Shown in pieces: positions 23,901-38,309 of a stretch of DNA of 64,000 nucleotides (position 1 is the stretch's first letter; every line of letters starts with the position of its first letter). Made by a program: the position numbers and the translations under genes. The notes beneath the pieces are model-generated. The model did not search any database. It saw only the letters and a program-made list of their open reading frames with translations, and was not told the DNA's origin. The DNA is from Macrostomum lignano (Eukaryota): contig NIVC01001449.1 of assembly GCA_002269645.1 (NCBI GenBank), forward strand, positions 186,001 to 250,000, read 5' to 3'.

Positions 23901-26900
23901 CGGAGCTGACGGAGGTGACGGAGGTGACGGAGGTGACGGAGGTGACGGAGGTGACGGAGCTGACGGAGGTGACGGAAGTGACGGAGGTGACGGAGCTGAC
24001 GGAGGTGACGGAGGTGACGGAGGTGACGGAGCTGACGGAGGTGACGGAGGTGACGGAGCTGACGGAGGTGACGGAGGTGACGGAGCTGACGGAGCTGACG
24101 GAGGTGACGGAGGTGACGCAGATGACGGAGGTGACGGAGGTGACGGAGGTGACGGAGGTGACGGAGGTGACGGAGGTGACGGAGGTGACGGAGGTGACGG
24201 AGGTGACGGAGCTGACGGAGCTGACGGAGGTGACGGAGCTGACGGAGGTGACGGAGGTGACGGAGGTGACGGAAGGGACAAGGTGACGCAGATGACGGAG
24301 GTGACGCAGATGACGGAGGTGACGGAGGTGACGGAGCTGACGGAGGTGACGGAGGTGACGGAGCTGACGGAGCTGACGGAGGTGACGGAGCTGACGGAGG
24401 TGACGGAGCTGACGGAGGTGACGGAGGTGACGGAGGTGACGGAGGTGACGGAGCTGACGGAGGTGACGGAGGTGACGGAGCTGACGGAGGTGACGGAGCT
24501 GACGGAGGTGACGGAGGTGACGGAGGTGACGCAGATGACGGAGGTGACGCAGATGACGGAGGTGACGGAGCTGACGGAGCTGACGGAGGTGACGCAGATG
24601 ACGGAGGTGACGCAGATGACGGAGGTGACGGAGGTGACGGAGCTGACGGAGGTGACGGAGGTGACGGAGCTGACGGAGGTGACGCAGATGACGGAGGTGA
24701 CGGAGGTGACGCAGCTGACGGAGGTGACGGAGGTGACGGAGGTGACGGAGCTGACGGAGGTGACGCAGATGACGGAGGTGACGCAGATGACGGAGGTGAC
24801 GGAGGTGACGGAGCTGACGGAGGTGACGGAGGTGACGGAGGTGACGGAGCTGACGGAGGTGACGGAGGTGACGGAGGTGACGCAGATGACGGAGGTGACG
24901 GAGGTGACGCAGCTGACGGAGGTGACGGAGGTGACGGAGGTGACGGAGCTGACGGAGGTGACGGAGGTGACGGAGCTGACGGAGGTGACGCAGATGACGG
25001 AGGTGACGGAGGTGACGCAGCTGACGGAGGTGACGGAGGTGACGGAGGTGACGGAGCTGACGGAGGTGACGGAGGTGACGGAGGTGACGCAGAAGACGGA
25101 GGTGACGCAGATGACGGAGGTGACGCAGATGACGGAGCTGACGGAGGTGACGGAGGTGACGGAGGTGACGGAGGTGACGGAGGTGACGGAGCTGACGGAG
25201 GTGACGGAGCTGACGGAGGTGACGGAGCTGACGGAGGTGACGGAGGTGACGCAGATGACGGAGGTGACGGAGGTGACGGAGCTGACGGAGGTGACGGAGG
25301 TGACGCAGATGACGGAGGTGACGGAGGTGACGGAGCTGACGGAGGTGACGCAGATGACGGAGGTGACGCAGATGACGGAGGTGACGCAGATGACGGAGGT
25401 GACGGAGGTGACGGAGGTGACGCAGATGACGGAGGTGACGCAGATGACGGAGGTGACGCAGATGACGGAGGTGACGGAGGTGACGGAGGTGACGCAGATG
25501 ACGGAGGTGACGGAGGTGACGGAGCTGACGGAGGTGACGCAGATGACGGAGGTGACGGAGGTGACGGAGCTGACTGAGGTGACGGAGGTGACGGAGGTGA
25601 CGGAGGTGACGGAGCTGACGGAGGTGACGGAGGTGACGGAGGTGACGGAGCTGACGGAGGTGACGGAGGTGACGGAGGTGACGGAGCTGACGGAGGTGAC
25701 GCAGATGACGGAGGTGACGCAGATGACGGAGGTGACGCAGATGACGGAGGTGACGGAGGTGACGGAGGTGACGCAGATGACGGAGGTGACGGAGGTGACG
25801 GAGCTGACGGAGGTGACGCAGATGACGGAGGTGACGGAGGTGACGGAGCTGACGAAGGTGACGGAGGTGACGGAGGTGACGGAGCTGACGGAGGTGACGG
25901 AGGTGACGGAGGTGACGCAGATGACGGAGGTGACGCAGATGACGGAGGTGACGCAGATGACGGAGGTGACGCAGATGACGGAGGTGACGCAGATGACGGA
26001 GGTGACGGAGGTGACGGAGGTGACGCAGATGACGGAGGTGACGGAGGTGACGGAGCTGACGGAGGTGACGCAGATGACGGAGGTGACGGAGGTGACGGAG
26101 CTGACGGAGGTGACGGAGGTGACGGAGGTGACGGAGGTGACGGAGCTGACGGAGGTGACGGAGGTGACGGAGGTGACGGAGCTGACGGAGGTGACGGAGG
26201 TGACGGAGGTGACGGAGCTGACGGAGGTGACGGAGGTGACGCAGATGACGGAGGTGACGCAGATGACGGAGGTGACGCAGATGACGGAGGTGACGGAGGT
26301 GACGGAGGTGACGCAGATGACGGAGGTGACGGAGGTGACGGAGCTGACGGAGGTGACGCAGATGACGGAGGTGACGGAGGTGACGGAGCTGACGGAGGTG
26401 ACGGAGGTGACGGAGGTGACGGAGGTGACGGAGCTGACGGAGGTGACGGAGGTGACGGAGGTGACGGAGCTGACGGAGGTGACGGAGGTGACGGAGCTTA
26501 CGGAGGTGACGGAGCTGACGGAGGTGACGGAGGTGACGGAGGTGACGGAGCTGACGGAGGTGACGGAAGTGACGGAGGTGACGGAGGTGACGGAGGTGAC
26601 GGAGCTGACGGAGGTGACGCAGATGACGGAGGTGACGGAGGTGACGGAGCTGACGGAGGTGACGGAGGTGACGGAGGTGACGGAGCTGACGGAGGTGACG
26701 GAGGTGACGGAGGTGACGGAGCTGACGGAGGTGACGGAGGTGACGGAGGTGACGGAGCTGACGGAGGTGACGGAGGTGACGGAGCTGACGGAGGTGACGC
26801 AGATGACGGAGGTGACGGAGGTGACGGAGCTGACGGAGGTGACGGAGGTGACGGAGGTGACGGAGCTGACGGAGGTGACGGAGGTGACGGAGCTGACGGA

Positions 26901-29900
26901 GGTGACGCAGCTGACGGAGGTGACGGAGGTGACGGAGGTGACGGAGCTGACGGAGGTGACGGAGGTGACGGAGGTGACGGAGCTGACGGAGGTGACGGAG
27001 GTGACGGAGGTGACGGAGCTGACGGAGGTGACGGAGGTGACGGAGCTGACGGAGGTGACGGAGGTGACGGAGCTGACGGAGCTGACGGAGGTGACGGAGC
27101 TGACGCAGATGACGGAGGTGACGGAGGTGACGGAGGTGACGGAGGTGACGGAGGTGACGGAGGTGACGGAGGTGACGGAGGTGACGGAGGTGACGGAGCT
27201 GACGGAGCTGACGGAGGTGACGGAGCTGACGGAGGTGACGGAGCTGACGGAGCTGACGGAGGTGACGCAGATGACGGAGGTGACGGAGGTGACGGAGCTG
27301 ACGGAGGTGACGGAGGTGACGGAGGTGACGGAGCTGACGGAGGTGACGGAGGTGACGGAGGTGACGGAGCTGACGGAGGTGACGGAGGTGACGGAGGTGA
27401 CGGAGGTGACGGAGGTGACGCAGATGACGGAGGTGACGCAGATGACGGAGGTGACGGAGGTGACGGAGCTGACGGAGGTGACGGAGGTGACGGAGGTGAC
27501 GGAGCTGACGGAGGTGACGGAGGTGACGGAGCTGACGGAGGTGACGCAGCTGACGGAGGTGACGGAGGTGACGGAGGTGACGGAGCTGACGGAGGTGACG
27601 GAGGTGACGGAGGTGACGGAGCTGACGGAGGTGACGGAGGTGACGGAGGTGACGGAGCTGACGGAGGTGACGGAGGTGACGGAGCTGACGGAGGTGACGG
27701 AGGTGACGGAGCTGACGGAGCTGACGGAGGTGACGGAGCTGACGCAGATGACGGAGGTGACGGAGGTGACGGAGGTGACGGAGGTGACGGAGGTGACGGA
27801 GGTGACGGAGGTGACGGAGGTGACGGAGGTGACGGAGCTGACGGAGCTGACGGAGGTGACGGAGCTGACGGAGGTGACGGAGCTGACGGAGGTGACGGAG
27901 GTGACGGAGGTGACGGAGGTGACGGAGGTGACGGAGGTGACGCAGATGACGGAGGTGACGGAGGTGACGGAGGTGACGGAGGTGACGCAGATGACGGAGG
28001 TGACGCAGATGACGGAGGTGACGGAGGTGACGGAGCTGACGGAGGTGACGCAGATGACGGAGGTGACGGAGGTGACGGAGCTGACGGAGGTGACGGAGGT
28101 GACGGAGGTGACGGAGCTGACGGAGGTGACGGAGGTGACGGAGCTGACGGAGGTGACGGAGGTGACGGAGGTGACGGAGGTGACGGAGGTGACGGAGCTG
28201 ACGGAGCTGACGGAGCTGACGGAGGTGACGCAGATGACGGAGGTGACGGAGGTGACGGAGGTGACGGAGGTGACGGAGGTGACGGAGGTGACGGAGCTGA
28301 CGGAGGTGACGGAGGTGACGGAGCTGACGGAGGTGACGGAGCTGACGGAGGTGACGGAGGTGACGGAGGTGACGCAGATGACGGAGGTGACGCAGATGAC
28401 GGAGGTGACGGAGGTGACGGAGCTGACGGAGGTGACGCAGATGACGGAGGTGACGGAGGTGACGGAGCTGACGGAGGTGACGGAGGTGACGGAGGTGACG
28501 GAGCTGACGGAGGTGACGGAGGTGACGGAGGTGACGGAGGTGACGGAGGTGACGCAGATGACGGAGGTGACGCAGATGACGGAGGTGACGGAGGTGACGG
28601 AGCTGACGGAGGTGACGCAGATGACGGAGGTGACGGAGGTGACGGAGCTGACGGAGGTGACGGAGGTGACGGAGGTGACGGAGCTGACGGAGGTGACGGA
28701 GGTGACGGAGCTTACGGAGGTGACGGAGCTGACGGAGGTGACGGAGGTGACGGAGGTGACGGAGCTGACGGAGGTGACGGAAGTGACGGAGGTGACGGAG
28801 GTGACGGAGGTGACGGAGGTGACGGAGGTGACGGAGCTGGCGGAGGTGACGGAGGTGACGGAGCTGACGGAGGTGACGGAGGTGACGGAGCTGACGGAGC
28901 TGACGGAGGTGACGGAGCTGACGCAGATGACGGAGGTGACGGAGCTGACGGAGGTGACGGAGGTGACGGAGCTGACGGAGGTGACGGAGCTGACGGAGGT
29001 GACGGAGGTGACGGAGGTGACGGAGCTGACGGAGGTGACGGAGGTGACGGAGGTGACGGAGCTGACGGAGGTGACGGAGGTGACGGAGGTGACGGAGCTG
29101 ACGCAGATGACGGAGGTGACGGAGCTGACGGAGGTGACGGAGGTGACGGAGCTGACGGAGGTGACGGAGCTGACGGAGGTGACGGAGGTGACGGAGGTGA
29201 CGGAGCTGACGGAGGTGACGGAGGTGACGGAGGTGACGGAGCTGACGGAGGTGACGGAGGTGACGGAGGTGACGGAGCTGACGGAGGTGACGGAGGTGAC
29301 GGAGCTGACGGAGGTGACGGAGGTGACGGAGCTGACGGAGCTGACGGAGGTGACGGAGCTGACGCAGATGACGGAGGTGACGGAGGTGACGGAGGTGACG
29401 GAGGTGACGGAGGTGACGGAGGTGACGGAGTTGACGGAGGTGACGGAGGTGACGGAGCTGACGGAGCTGACGGAGGTGACGGAGCTGACGGAGGTGACGG
29501 AGCTGACGGAGGTGACGGAGGTGACGCAGATGACAGAGGTGACGGAGGTGACGGAGCTGACGGAGGTGACGGAGGTGACGGAGGTGACGGAGCTGACGGA
29601 TGTGACGGAGGTGACGGAGGTGACGGAAGGGACAAGGTGACGCAGATGACGGAGGTGACGCAGATGACGGAGGTGACGGAGGTGACGGAGCTGACGGAGG
29701 TGACGCAGATGACGGAGGTGACGGAGGTGACGGAGCTGACGGAGGTGACGGAGGTGACGGAGGTGACGGAGCTGACGGAGGTGACGGAGGTGACGGAGGT
29801 GACGGAGCTGACGGAGGTGACGGAGGTGACGGAGGTGACGGAGCTGACGGAGGTGACGGAGGTGACGGAGCTGACGGAGCTGACGGAGGTGACGGAGCTG

Positions 29901-32900
29901 ACGGAGGTGACGGAGCTGACGGAGGTGACGGAGGTGACGGAGGTGACGGAGGTGACGGAGCTGACGGAGGTGACGGAGGTGACGGAGCTGACGGAGGTGA
30001 CGGAGCTGACGGAGGTGACGGAGGTGACGGAGGTGACGCAGATGACGGAGGTGACGCAGATGACGGAGGTGACGGAGGTGACGGAGCTGACGGAGGTGAC
30101 GCAGATGACGGAGGTGACGGAGGTGACGGAGCTGACGGAGGTGACGGAGGTGACGGAGGTGACGCAGATGACGGAGGTGACGGAGGTGACGGAGCTGACG
30201 GAGGTGACGGAGGTGACGGAGCTGACGGAGGTGACGGAGGTGACGGAGGTGACGGAGCTGACGGAGGTGACGGAGGTGACGCAGATGACGGAGGTGACGG
30301 AGGTGACGCAGATGACGGAGGTGACGGAGGTGACGGAGGTGACGGAGGTGACGCAGATGACGGAGGTGACGGAGGTGACGGAGCTGACGGAGGTGACGGA
30401 GGTGACGGAGGTGACGGAGCTGACGGAGGTGACGGAGGTGACGGAGCTGACGGAGGTGACGGAGCTGACGGAGGTGACGGAGGTGACGGAGGTGACGGAG
30501 CTGACGGAGGTGACGGAAGTGACGGAGGTGACGGAGCTGACGGAGGTGACGGAGGTGACGGAGGTGACGGAGCTGACGGAGGTGACGGAGGTGACGGAGC
30601 TGACGGAGGTGACGGAGGTGACGGAGCTGACGGAGCTGACGGAGGTGACGGAGCTGACGCAGATGACGGAGGTGACGGAGGTGACGGAGGTGACGGAGGT
30701 GACGGAGGTGACGGAGGTGACGGAGGTGACGGAGGTGACGGAGGTGACGGAGCTGACGGAGCTGACGGAGGTGACGGAGCTGACGGAGGTGACGGAGGTG
30801 ACGGAGGTGACGGAAGGGACAAGGTGACGCAGATGACGGAGGTGACGCAGATGACGGAGGTGACGGAGGTGACGGAGCTGACGGAGGTGACGGAGGTGAC
30901 GGAGCTGACGGAGCTGACGGAGGTGACGGAGCTGACGGAGGTGACGGAGCTGACGGAGGTGACGGAGGTGACGGAGGTGACGGAGGTGACGGAGCTGACG
31001 GAGGTGACGGAGGTGACGGAGCTGACGGAGGTGACGGAGCTGACGGAGGTGACGGAGGTGACGGAGGTGACGCAGATGACGGAGGTGACGCAGATGACGG
31101 AGGTGACGGAGCTGACGGAGCTGACGGAGGTGACGGAGGTGACGGAGCTGACGGAGGTGACGGAGCTGACGGAGGTGACGGAGGTGACGGAGGTGACGGA
31201 GGTGACGGAGGTGACGGAGGTGACGGAGGTGACGCAGATGACGGAGGTGACGCAGATGACGGAGGTGACGGAGGTGACGGAGCTGACGGAGGTGACGCAG
31301 ATGACGGAGGTGACGGAGGTGACGGAGCTGACGGAGGTGACGGAGGTGACGGAGGTGACGGAGCTGACGGAGGTGACGGAGGTGACGGAGCTGACGGAGG
31401 TGACGGAGGTGACGGAGGTGACGGAGGTGACGGAGCTGACGGAGGTGACGCAGATGACGGAGGTGACGGAGGTGACGGAGCTGACGGAGGTGACGGAGGT
31501 GACGGAGCTGACGGAGGTGACGGAGCTGACGGAGGTGACGGAGGTGACGGAGGTGACGGAGCTGACGGAGGTGACGGAAGTGACGGAGGTGACGGAGCTG
31601 ACGGAGGTGACGGAGGTGACGGAGGTGACGGAGCTGACGGAGGTGACGGAGGTGACGGAGCTGACGGAGGTGACGGAGGTGACGGAGCTGACGGAGCTGA
31701 CGGAGGTGACGGAGCTGACGCAGATGACGGAGGTGACGGAGGTGACGGAGGTGACGGAGGTGACGGAGGTGACGGAGGTGACGGAGGTGACGGAGGTGAC
31801 GGAGGTGACGGAGCTGACGGAGCTGACGGAGGTGACGGAGCTGACGGAGGTGACGGAGCTGACGGAGGTGACGGAGGTGACGCAGATGACGGAGCTGACG
31901 GAGGTGACGGAGCTGACGGAGGTGACGGAGGTGACGGAGGTGACGGAGCTGACGGAGGTGACGGAGGTGACGGAGCTGACGGAGGTGACGGAGCTGACGG
32001 AGGTGACGGAGCTGACGGAGGTGACGGAGGTGACGGAGCTGACGGAGGTGACGGAGCTGACGGAGGTGACGGAGGTGACGGAGGTGACGGAGCTGACGGA
32101 GGTGACGGAGGTGACGGAGGTGACGGAGCTGACGGAGGTGACGGAGGTGACGGAGGTGACGGAGCTGACGGAGGTGACGGAGGTGACGGAGCTGACGGAG
32201 GTGACGGAGGTGACGGAGCTGACGGAGGTGACGGAGCTGACGGAGGTGACGGAGGTGACGGAGGTGACGGAGGTGACGGAGCTGACGGAGGTGACGGAGG
32301 TGACGGAGGTGACGGAGCTGACGGAGGTGACGGAGCTGACGGAGGTGACGGAGGTGACGGAGCTGACGGAGGTGACGGAGGTGACGGAGGTGACGGAGGT
32401 GACGGAGCTGACGGAGGTGACGGAGCTGACGGAGGTGACGGAGGTGACGGAGGTGACGGAGGTGACGGAGGTGACGCAGATGACGGAGGTGACGGAGGTG
32501 ACGGAGCTGACGGAGCTGACGGAGGTGACGGAGCTGACGGAGGTGACGGAGCTGACGGAGGTGACGGAGGTGACGGAGCTGACGGAGGTGATGGAGCTGA
32601 CGGAGGTGACGGAGGTGACGGAGGTGACGGAGGTGACGGAGGTGACGGAGGTGACGGAGGTGACGGAGGTGACGGAGGTGACGGAGGTGACGGAGGTGAC
32701 GGAGGTGACGGAGGTGACGGAGGTGACGGAGGTGACGGAGCTGACGGAGCTGACGGAGGTGACGGAGCTGACGGAGGTGACGGAGCTGACGGAGGTGACG
32801 GAGGTGACGCAGATGACGGAGCTGACGGAGGTGACGGAGGTGACGGAGCTGACGGAGGTGACGGAGGTGACGGAGCTGACGGAGCTGACGGAGGTGACGG

Positions 32901-33039
32901 AGCTGACGGAGGTGACGGAGGTGACGGAGGTGACGGAGGTGACGGAGCTGACGGAGGTGACGGAGGTGACGGAGCTGACGGAGGTGACGGAGCTGACGGA
33001 GGTGACGGAGGTGACGGAGCTGACGGAGGTGACGGAGAT
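17941..33039. repeat. 15.1-kb tandem array of 9-bp units (about 1680) with higher-order duplications
   Basis: Units GACGGAGGT, GACGGAGCT, GACGCAGAT, GACGCAGCT, GACGCAGAA. A 17-bp spacer GACGGAAGGGACAAGGT occurs at 17951, 24268, 29622 and 30809. Confidence 0.99.
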
Positions 33040-33562
33040 GAAATCTATAAAATAAATCTATAAAATCAATAACCTATGAGAGTAGAGCTCAATAATTAGG
33101 AGGTGATTGCTTGGTTGCTTAGAAGTCCTATAAAGATTCGAAAGTTGTAGAGCGCAATAATAAATGTAGAAGTATATGATCTGCATCGGTTAATCACTCA
33201 CTTGGCTCAGGCTAAACCCGTGAGACGGTCAGGAATATCCGAAAAGATATATTGATGTCGGGTCTGCTCCTGGTTTGACAGCTGTCAAACCAGCTGTGAC
33301 CACTAGCTGTATGTGAACTTTTAATTATTTCTGCACGACAGTATGAAATTTCTTTCAATAGTAACTTCCTTTGGTGCTTAACATATGACTTTCACGGACC
33401 TAAAGTCCGGTACGACAGTTAAGCTAGTATTGATTACATATGTAAAAATTAATTTTACTATCGCAATAAACACCAAACTTTCAAAACACCACAGCATTTC
33501 ACTAAGTACGCTACTTAAAGTAGAAATTGAGCCTCCAAATTTGTCGGCAATCTGCTCATCCT

Positions 33563-34118
<556 letters not shown>

Positions 34119-34253
34119 CATTCTCTGTCAGTTGATTTGCATTGATTTCGTTGAAAGACCTTGATTCGTTTGTTACAAACTGATCCAAATATTTACTAAT
34201 TAATTGGAACATTCGTAAAAATCTCACAATGACAAAATGGCAAGTTTTGGGTT

Positions 34254-34600
34254 TTATGATATGCTACGCCTTCTGTAAGTTTCAGCCTTGCTTTCACCCA
34301 TCAGTTGCTGGTAGCGAATCACGGTGTCAATAATGTCCTCAAAGCGAATCGCCTGGCCGCTCTGTCGTTCAGGCGGCTTCACAGTCGTGCGAATCAGGAC
34401 TGACCGATGGCGAAAGACGAAAATCGCTGCAAAGAAGATGTAGATGAGCAGCAGGGCGGCTGGGACCAGCAGCACGATGGTGTGGGTCAAATCTTCGCCA
34501 ATCGATTGCATTTGAAATGTCTCTTTCTGGAGTGACTCTTGATTCATGTGTTCAATCAGAGGCACGTCGTAGTGATAGAGCTGCTCCGATTGGCTGTTCG
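34254..34600 (-). other. Possible exon or relic of a single-pass membrane protein
   Basis: Open frame with hydrophobic TIVLLVPAALLLIYIFFAAIFVF followed by basic RHR; no recognisable family and no clear exon borders. Confidence 0.3.
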
Positions 34601-37600
34601 TACCGTCTGTTTTATCTGACGCTCCGCCATAACACATGTATGGTTGCTTAGAAGTCCTATAAAGATTCGAAAGTTCAGTAGAGTGCAATAATAAATGTAG
34701 AACTATATGATCTGCATCGGTTAATCACTCACTTGGCTCAGGCTAAATCCGTGCGACGTTCAGGGTTTTTCCATAAACTACAAGTAACTTCGCTCGAATT
34801 TTTTCTTTTGGTTTACTTACTGGCTCCCTCGTCCCTGATGTATAATAGTTAATAATGAAAATATCAATATGTATACCGAGGGCGCGCAGCGCCCGAGGTC
34901 ATAAAAAATTGGTGCACGAGTAGCCGTTCTTCACCGATATTGTATGATTTTGAAGGCGTTTGGACCATAGATATTTGAAGCCATAGATAAATGAAAGAAT
35001 CAAATAAGAATGAGATTCATGCACGCCAACTCGTGCGTCTATGGCAAAGAGCACTCGTGCGCTTCTTGCAATGCAACAACGCCTAGGACCACGAGTGCGC
35101 GTAGCGCACGAGTGTCTATGGCGTTGTTGCACGCGCAAGCCGCGCACTCGTGCTTTTGCCAATGACGCACTCGTTAGCGTTCAAGAATCCTAACAATGTT
35201 TTTGTGGCTAAAACTGAGTCTTTGAATCTTTGTTGCATAAGCAATACAATCTAAAGTTTGTCAATTTGTTAATGAAACATGTACGGCGTGCATAGAGCTC
35301 ATGACATACAGATAGGTGAAGCCTTGCTGCTGGCTATTGGAATACAATCAATGTACTTACTCAGTGCACCACTTCACCGTTTTGTATATGTTTGCACGCA
35401 TAAGAGCATCGTAGCATTACTTTTACTCTGCTTTACATTGGTTCCGAGCTTTTGTCTATGGCCAAAACAGAGTCTCAAAAAGTTTCATGGCGAAATTCGT
35501 TCGTAGGTCGCGCACAACCTGTATCATTCTAGCAAGGTTCTTCTTAGATTCATATATAAGCAATCAATACGAGTTCCCGAGTGCGAACGTAAGGCCGCAC
35601 CGCCGACCGAACCCACGGATGCTAGAATAACTAGATGGACCACTCAGCACATTCGCGTGTAAGCTACTTTCAGTTCAGTAGCAAGCTAAACAGAAGCATT
35701 TTAGTGTATTTTTCAAATCCAAGGCTCAATAACTGTTGGCTCTTACTCCTCCAGCTTAAACCCTCCAACCGCACCTATCTGCACTCCCCAATTTTTATTG
35801 CCTTTCTGCCAGCGTAAAGCTGCCATGTACATGTCAGTGGACTGGCCAATGTACATTATTGCTGAACCAATTAGCAAGGTGTTTGTGCCTGCAAGCTTGG
35901 ACTTCTAAACATATCGAAGTCACTTCAGCAGCCTTTTTTAGATAAAATAGCTTATCTATTCCTCTTTGCTACTGAATAGAAAGTAGAAAGATGTTTTACT
36001 AAGATGTTTGCATGAATTTAGATGCGTGAATTTACTATGAATTTACTAAGATGCTTTTCTTCGGAAATTAAGGAAATGAGTGAGAAGCTTATGGTTTATT
36101 TATTAGTTGTAGATGAAGTGTAGCAAATATTCTGGGGATATTGGCTACATCGATAAAAAAGATTTAGCCCTACTATTCAATGTCAAGAGGCTGCCGAGAA
36201 ATTCAAGATAGCTAGCTTAAAGTAGCTACCCAATCGACAATATCAAGGATATCAGTTATTCCCAAAACATCGATTCGTTAAACCTGAGACTAAGCATGCC
36301 TTTTTTCATCTTTTTATTATTTTTTCAGCAATTGATCTTATATGCCTAGCCATGAGCTCTGTATTTCAGATTTCGCAGAGAGGAGCTCAGGAAGTATACA
36401 ATAGAAAAATCTATTCAGCGCAGCCAAGGAATTCGTGTCTTCAATCTTTGCTGACTGTCTGCTGGGCATTCCTTTTACTTGTGCGTCGCATTGAGTTTTG
36501 GGGTTTTGTTTATTTATGGACTGTATTTCAAATGGCAAAGGGCTCTTCACTATTCTTTCGATTCTGAATGATGAGCATTCTGATACACGCATTCTGAGAT
36601 GGATCCGACATAGGCCCAAGCCCGCACCTCACTCATATAAGGTATAAAGCAGGTGTACTAGAAGTTACAGTAACTGCCGATCATCAAGTGGACAGTTGAC
36701 GCACAACGAGCCATGAGGCAAGCAGCCCTGCCGATTCCGCTGACGCCGAGTAGGCATACGCTCTCAAAGGGTGTACAGTGTTCCTGACTTTCTTATCGTC
36801 AGACATGTCAAGCAAGTTTTGATTCACGAGCCCTGATTTTGATTCAGGGTACTCTGGTGCCGGAGTCAGACGCATAAACAACTCAGCTGCCCCATCTCTT
36901 CTCTTAACTAGCAACCCGGTGCGTTTTTAGTTCAAGGTCAGCAACAAGGGCGAAAGACTATCTGCCAATGTGAAAGACGAGCGCCGATTTAGTTACAATT
37001 AAGCTGATGCTGCGAGAAGAATTAGCTGATGCTGTGATCAGTAGCGACACGTGGAGGCCTCCCAGAGCATCAAAGGCTCGGTACATCCCAGTCACTTACA
37101 TCAGCTTTAAGGGCTGCTCTGTGACTGACAGCACGCTCAGTTATAGTTGCAAACAAAATATTTAGTTTAATTTTGATGCTTGCTAAAAAATTTAAAAATG
37201 AATACTTTAGGCTACAGTTGGAAAACGTAGGAATTTATTATAAAACACCTTTTCACGATCCAGTTTTTCAAAACTATAATCTACTGTATTTTGCCCGGGG
37301 GAAACTCGTGCCTATCAATGTCCCATCACGACCCCAGCTTGAGCAATTGACAAACCAAACCTGCGATGAACACAGCATATGTGCACACAGACACATTAGC
37401 CACTGAAATGAAGAGAGATGTCGGTTGTCATTCAGTCACAGATGTCGACCAGCTCTGGACAACCTCTGAATGCACTTCTGTTGGGTGATGACATTCATCG
37501 CGGCCTCCACCGCTCGTTTGAGCACTGACATGCGATGCTGTTCCATCGTAGCCTTCACTGTTTCAGCCAAGTTTCTTTCAGCGACTTCACGTTGGATAGC

Positions 37601-37901
37601 AGTGACCTGAATTTTCTGTTTTACTGTCGCCTTCAGTGCTGATCCTGCACGCTCAGCTTGAACATGGCAGCAGAAAAGGATATGGCCATTCTTGCTCTTC
37701 CATGTCGGTCTTGGCAGTTTTGGCAACACTGAATGCAGTTTTTGAAGATTAGTCCATGGCTCAAGCTGGGGTCGTGATAGAACATGGATTGGTATAGTAC
37801 GAGTTTCCCCGGGGCAAAATGATTGCAGTTTTGGCAAACTAGATCGCTAAAAGGCATGTATAAGATATTCCATGGGTTTGAGGTCGGTATGTGATTAATA
37901 C

Positions 37902-38309
37902 TGGTTTTTGCGAGCTATCTCAGCCAAGGAGCAAGCAAACTCATCCATCCCATAGATTTCAATACGACGAAGGAGGTGGTTTGAACCATAGACTATCACG
38001 TTTTTTCAACCAAACTCATCCAACGGGCGTCCAACAAGCCATAGCTTGTTTATTAAGCGAAAAATTTAATTGGTTCGTATATAAGAGACTTTATGATTGT
38101 CGCAACTGAGCCATCGGAGGAGGAGGAAATAAAGAAGGGAAGAGGAAATGAATGGGCAGACAGGCTATGGCTGAGATTGCTCGCCCGTTGGATGAGTTTG
38201 GTTGAAAAAACGTGATAGTCTATGGTTCAAACCACCTCCTTCGTCGTATTGAAATCTATGGGATGGATGAGTTTGCTTGCTCCTTGGCTGAGATAGCTCG
38301 CAAAAACCA
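37902..38309. mobile_element. MITE, 408 bp, with perfect 128-bp TIRs
   Basis: 37902-38029 is the exact reverse complement of 38182-38309; ATAC on both flanks (putative 4-bp TSD). Confidence 0.85.

Noticed and set aside
17941-33039. CRISPR array (also considered for the 32-bp and 23-bp repeats)
   Set aside because: No unique spacers, no cas genes, and a eukaryotic context.
17902-33055. Giant ORFs (4306, 2106, 1785, 743 aa) as mucin-like genes
   Set aside because: The 9-bp unit leaves five of six frames stop-free. The 4306-aa ORF simply cycles through three frames at the 17-bp spacers, and there is no signal peptide or unique domain.
36684-36914. Minus-strand 76-aa ORF as an exon of a larger gene with neighbouring fragments
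   Set aside because: No consistent splice sites or phases, and no recognisable domain.
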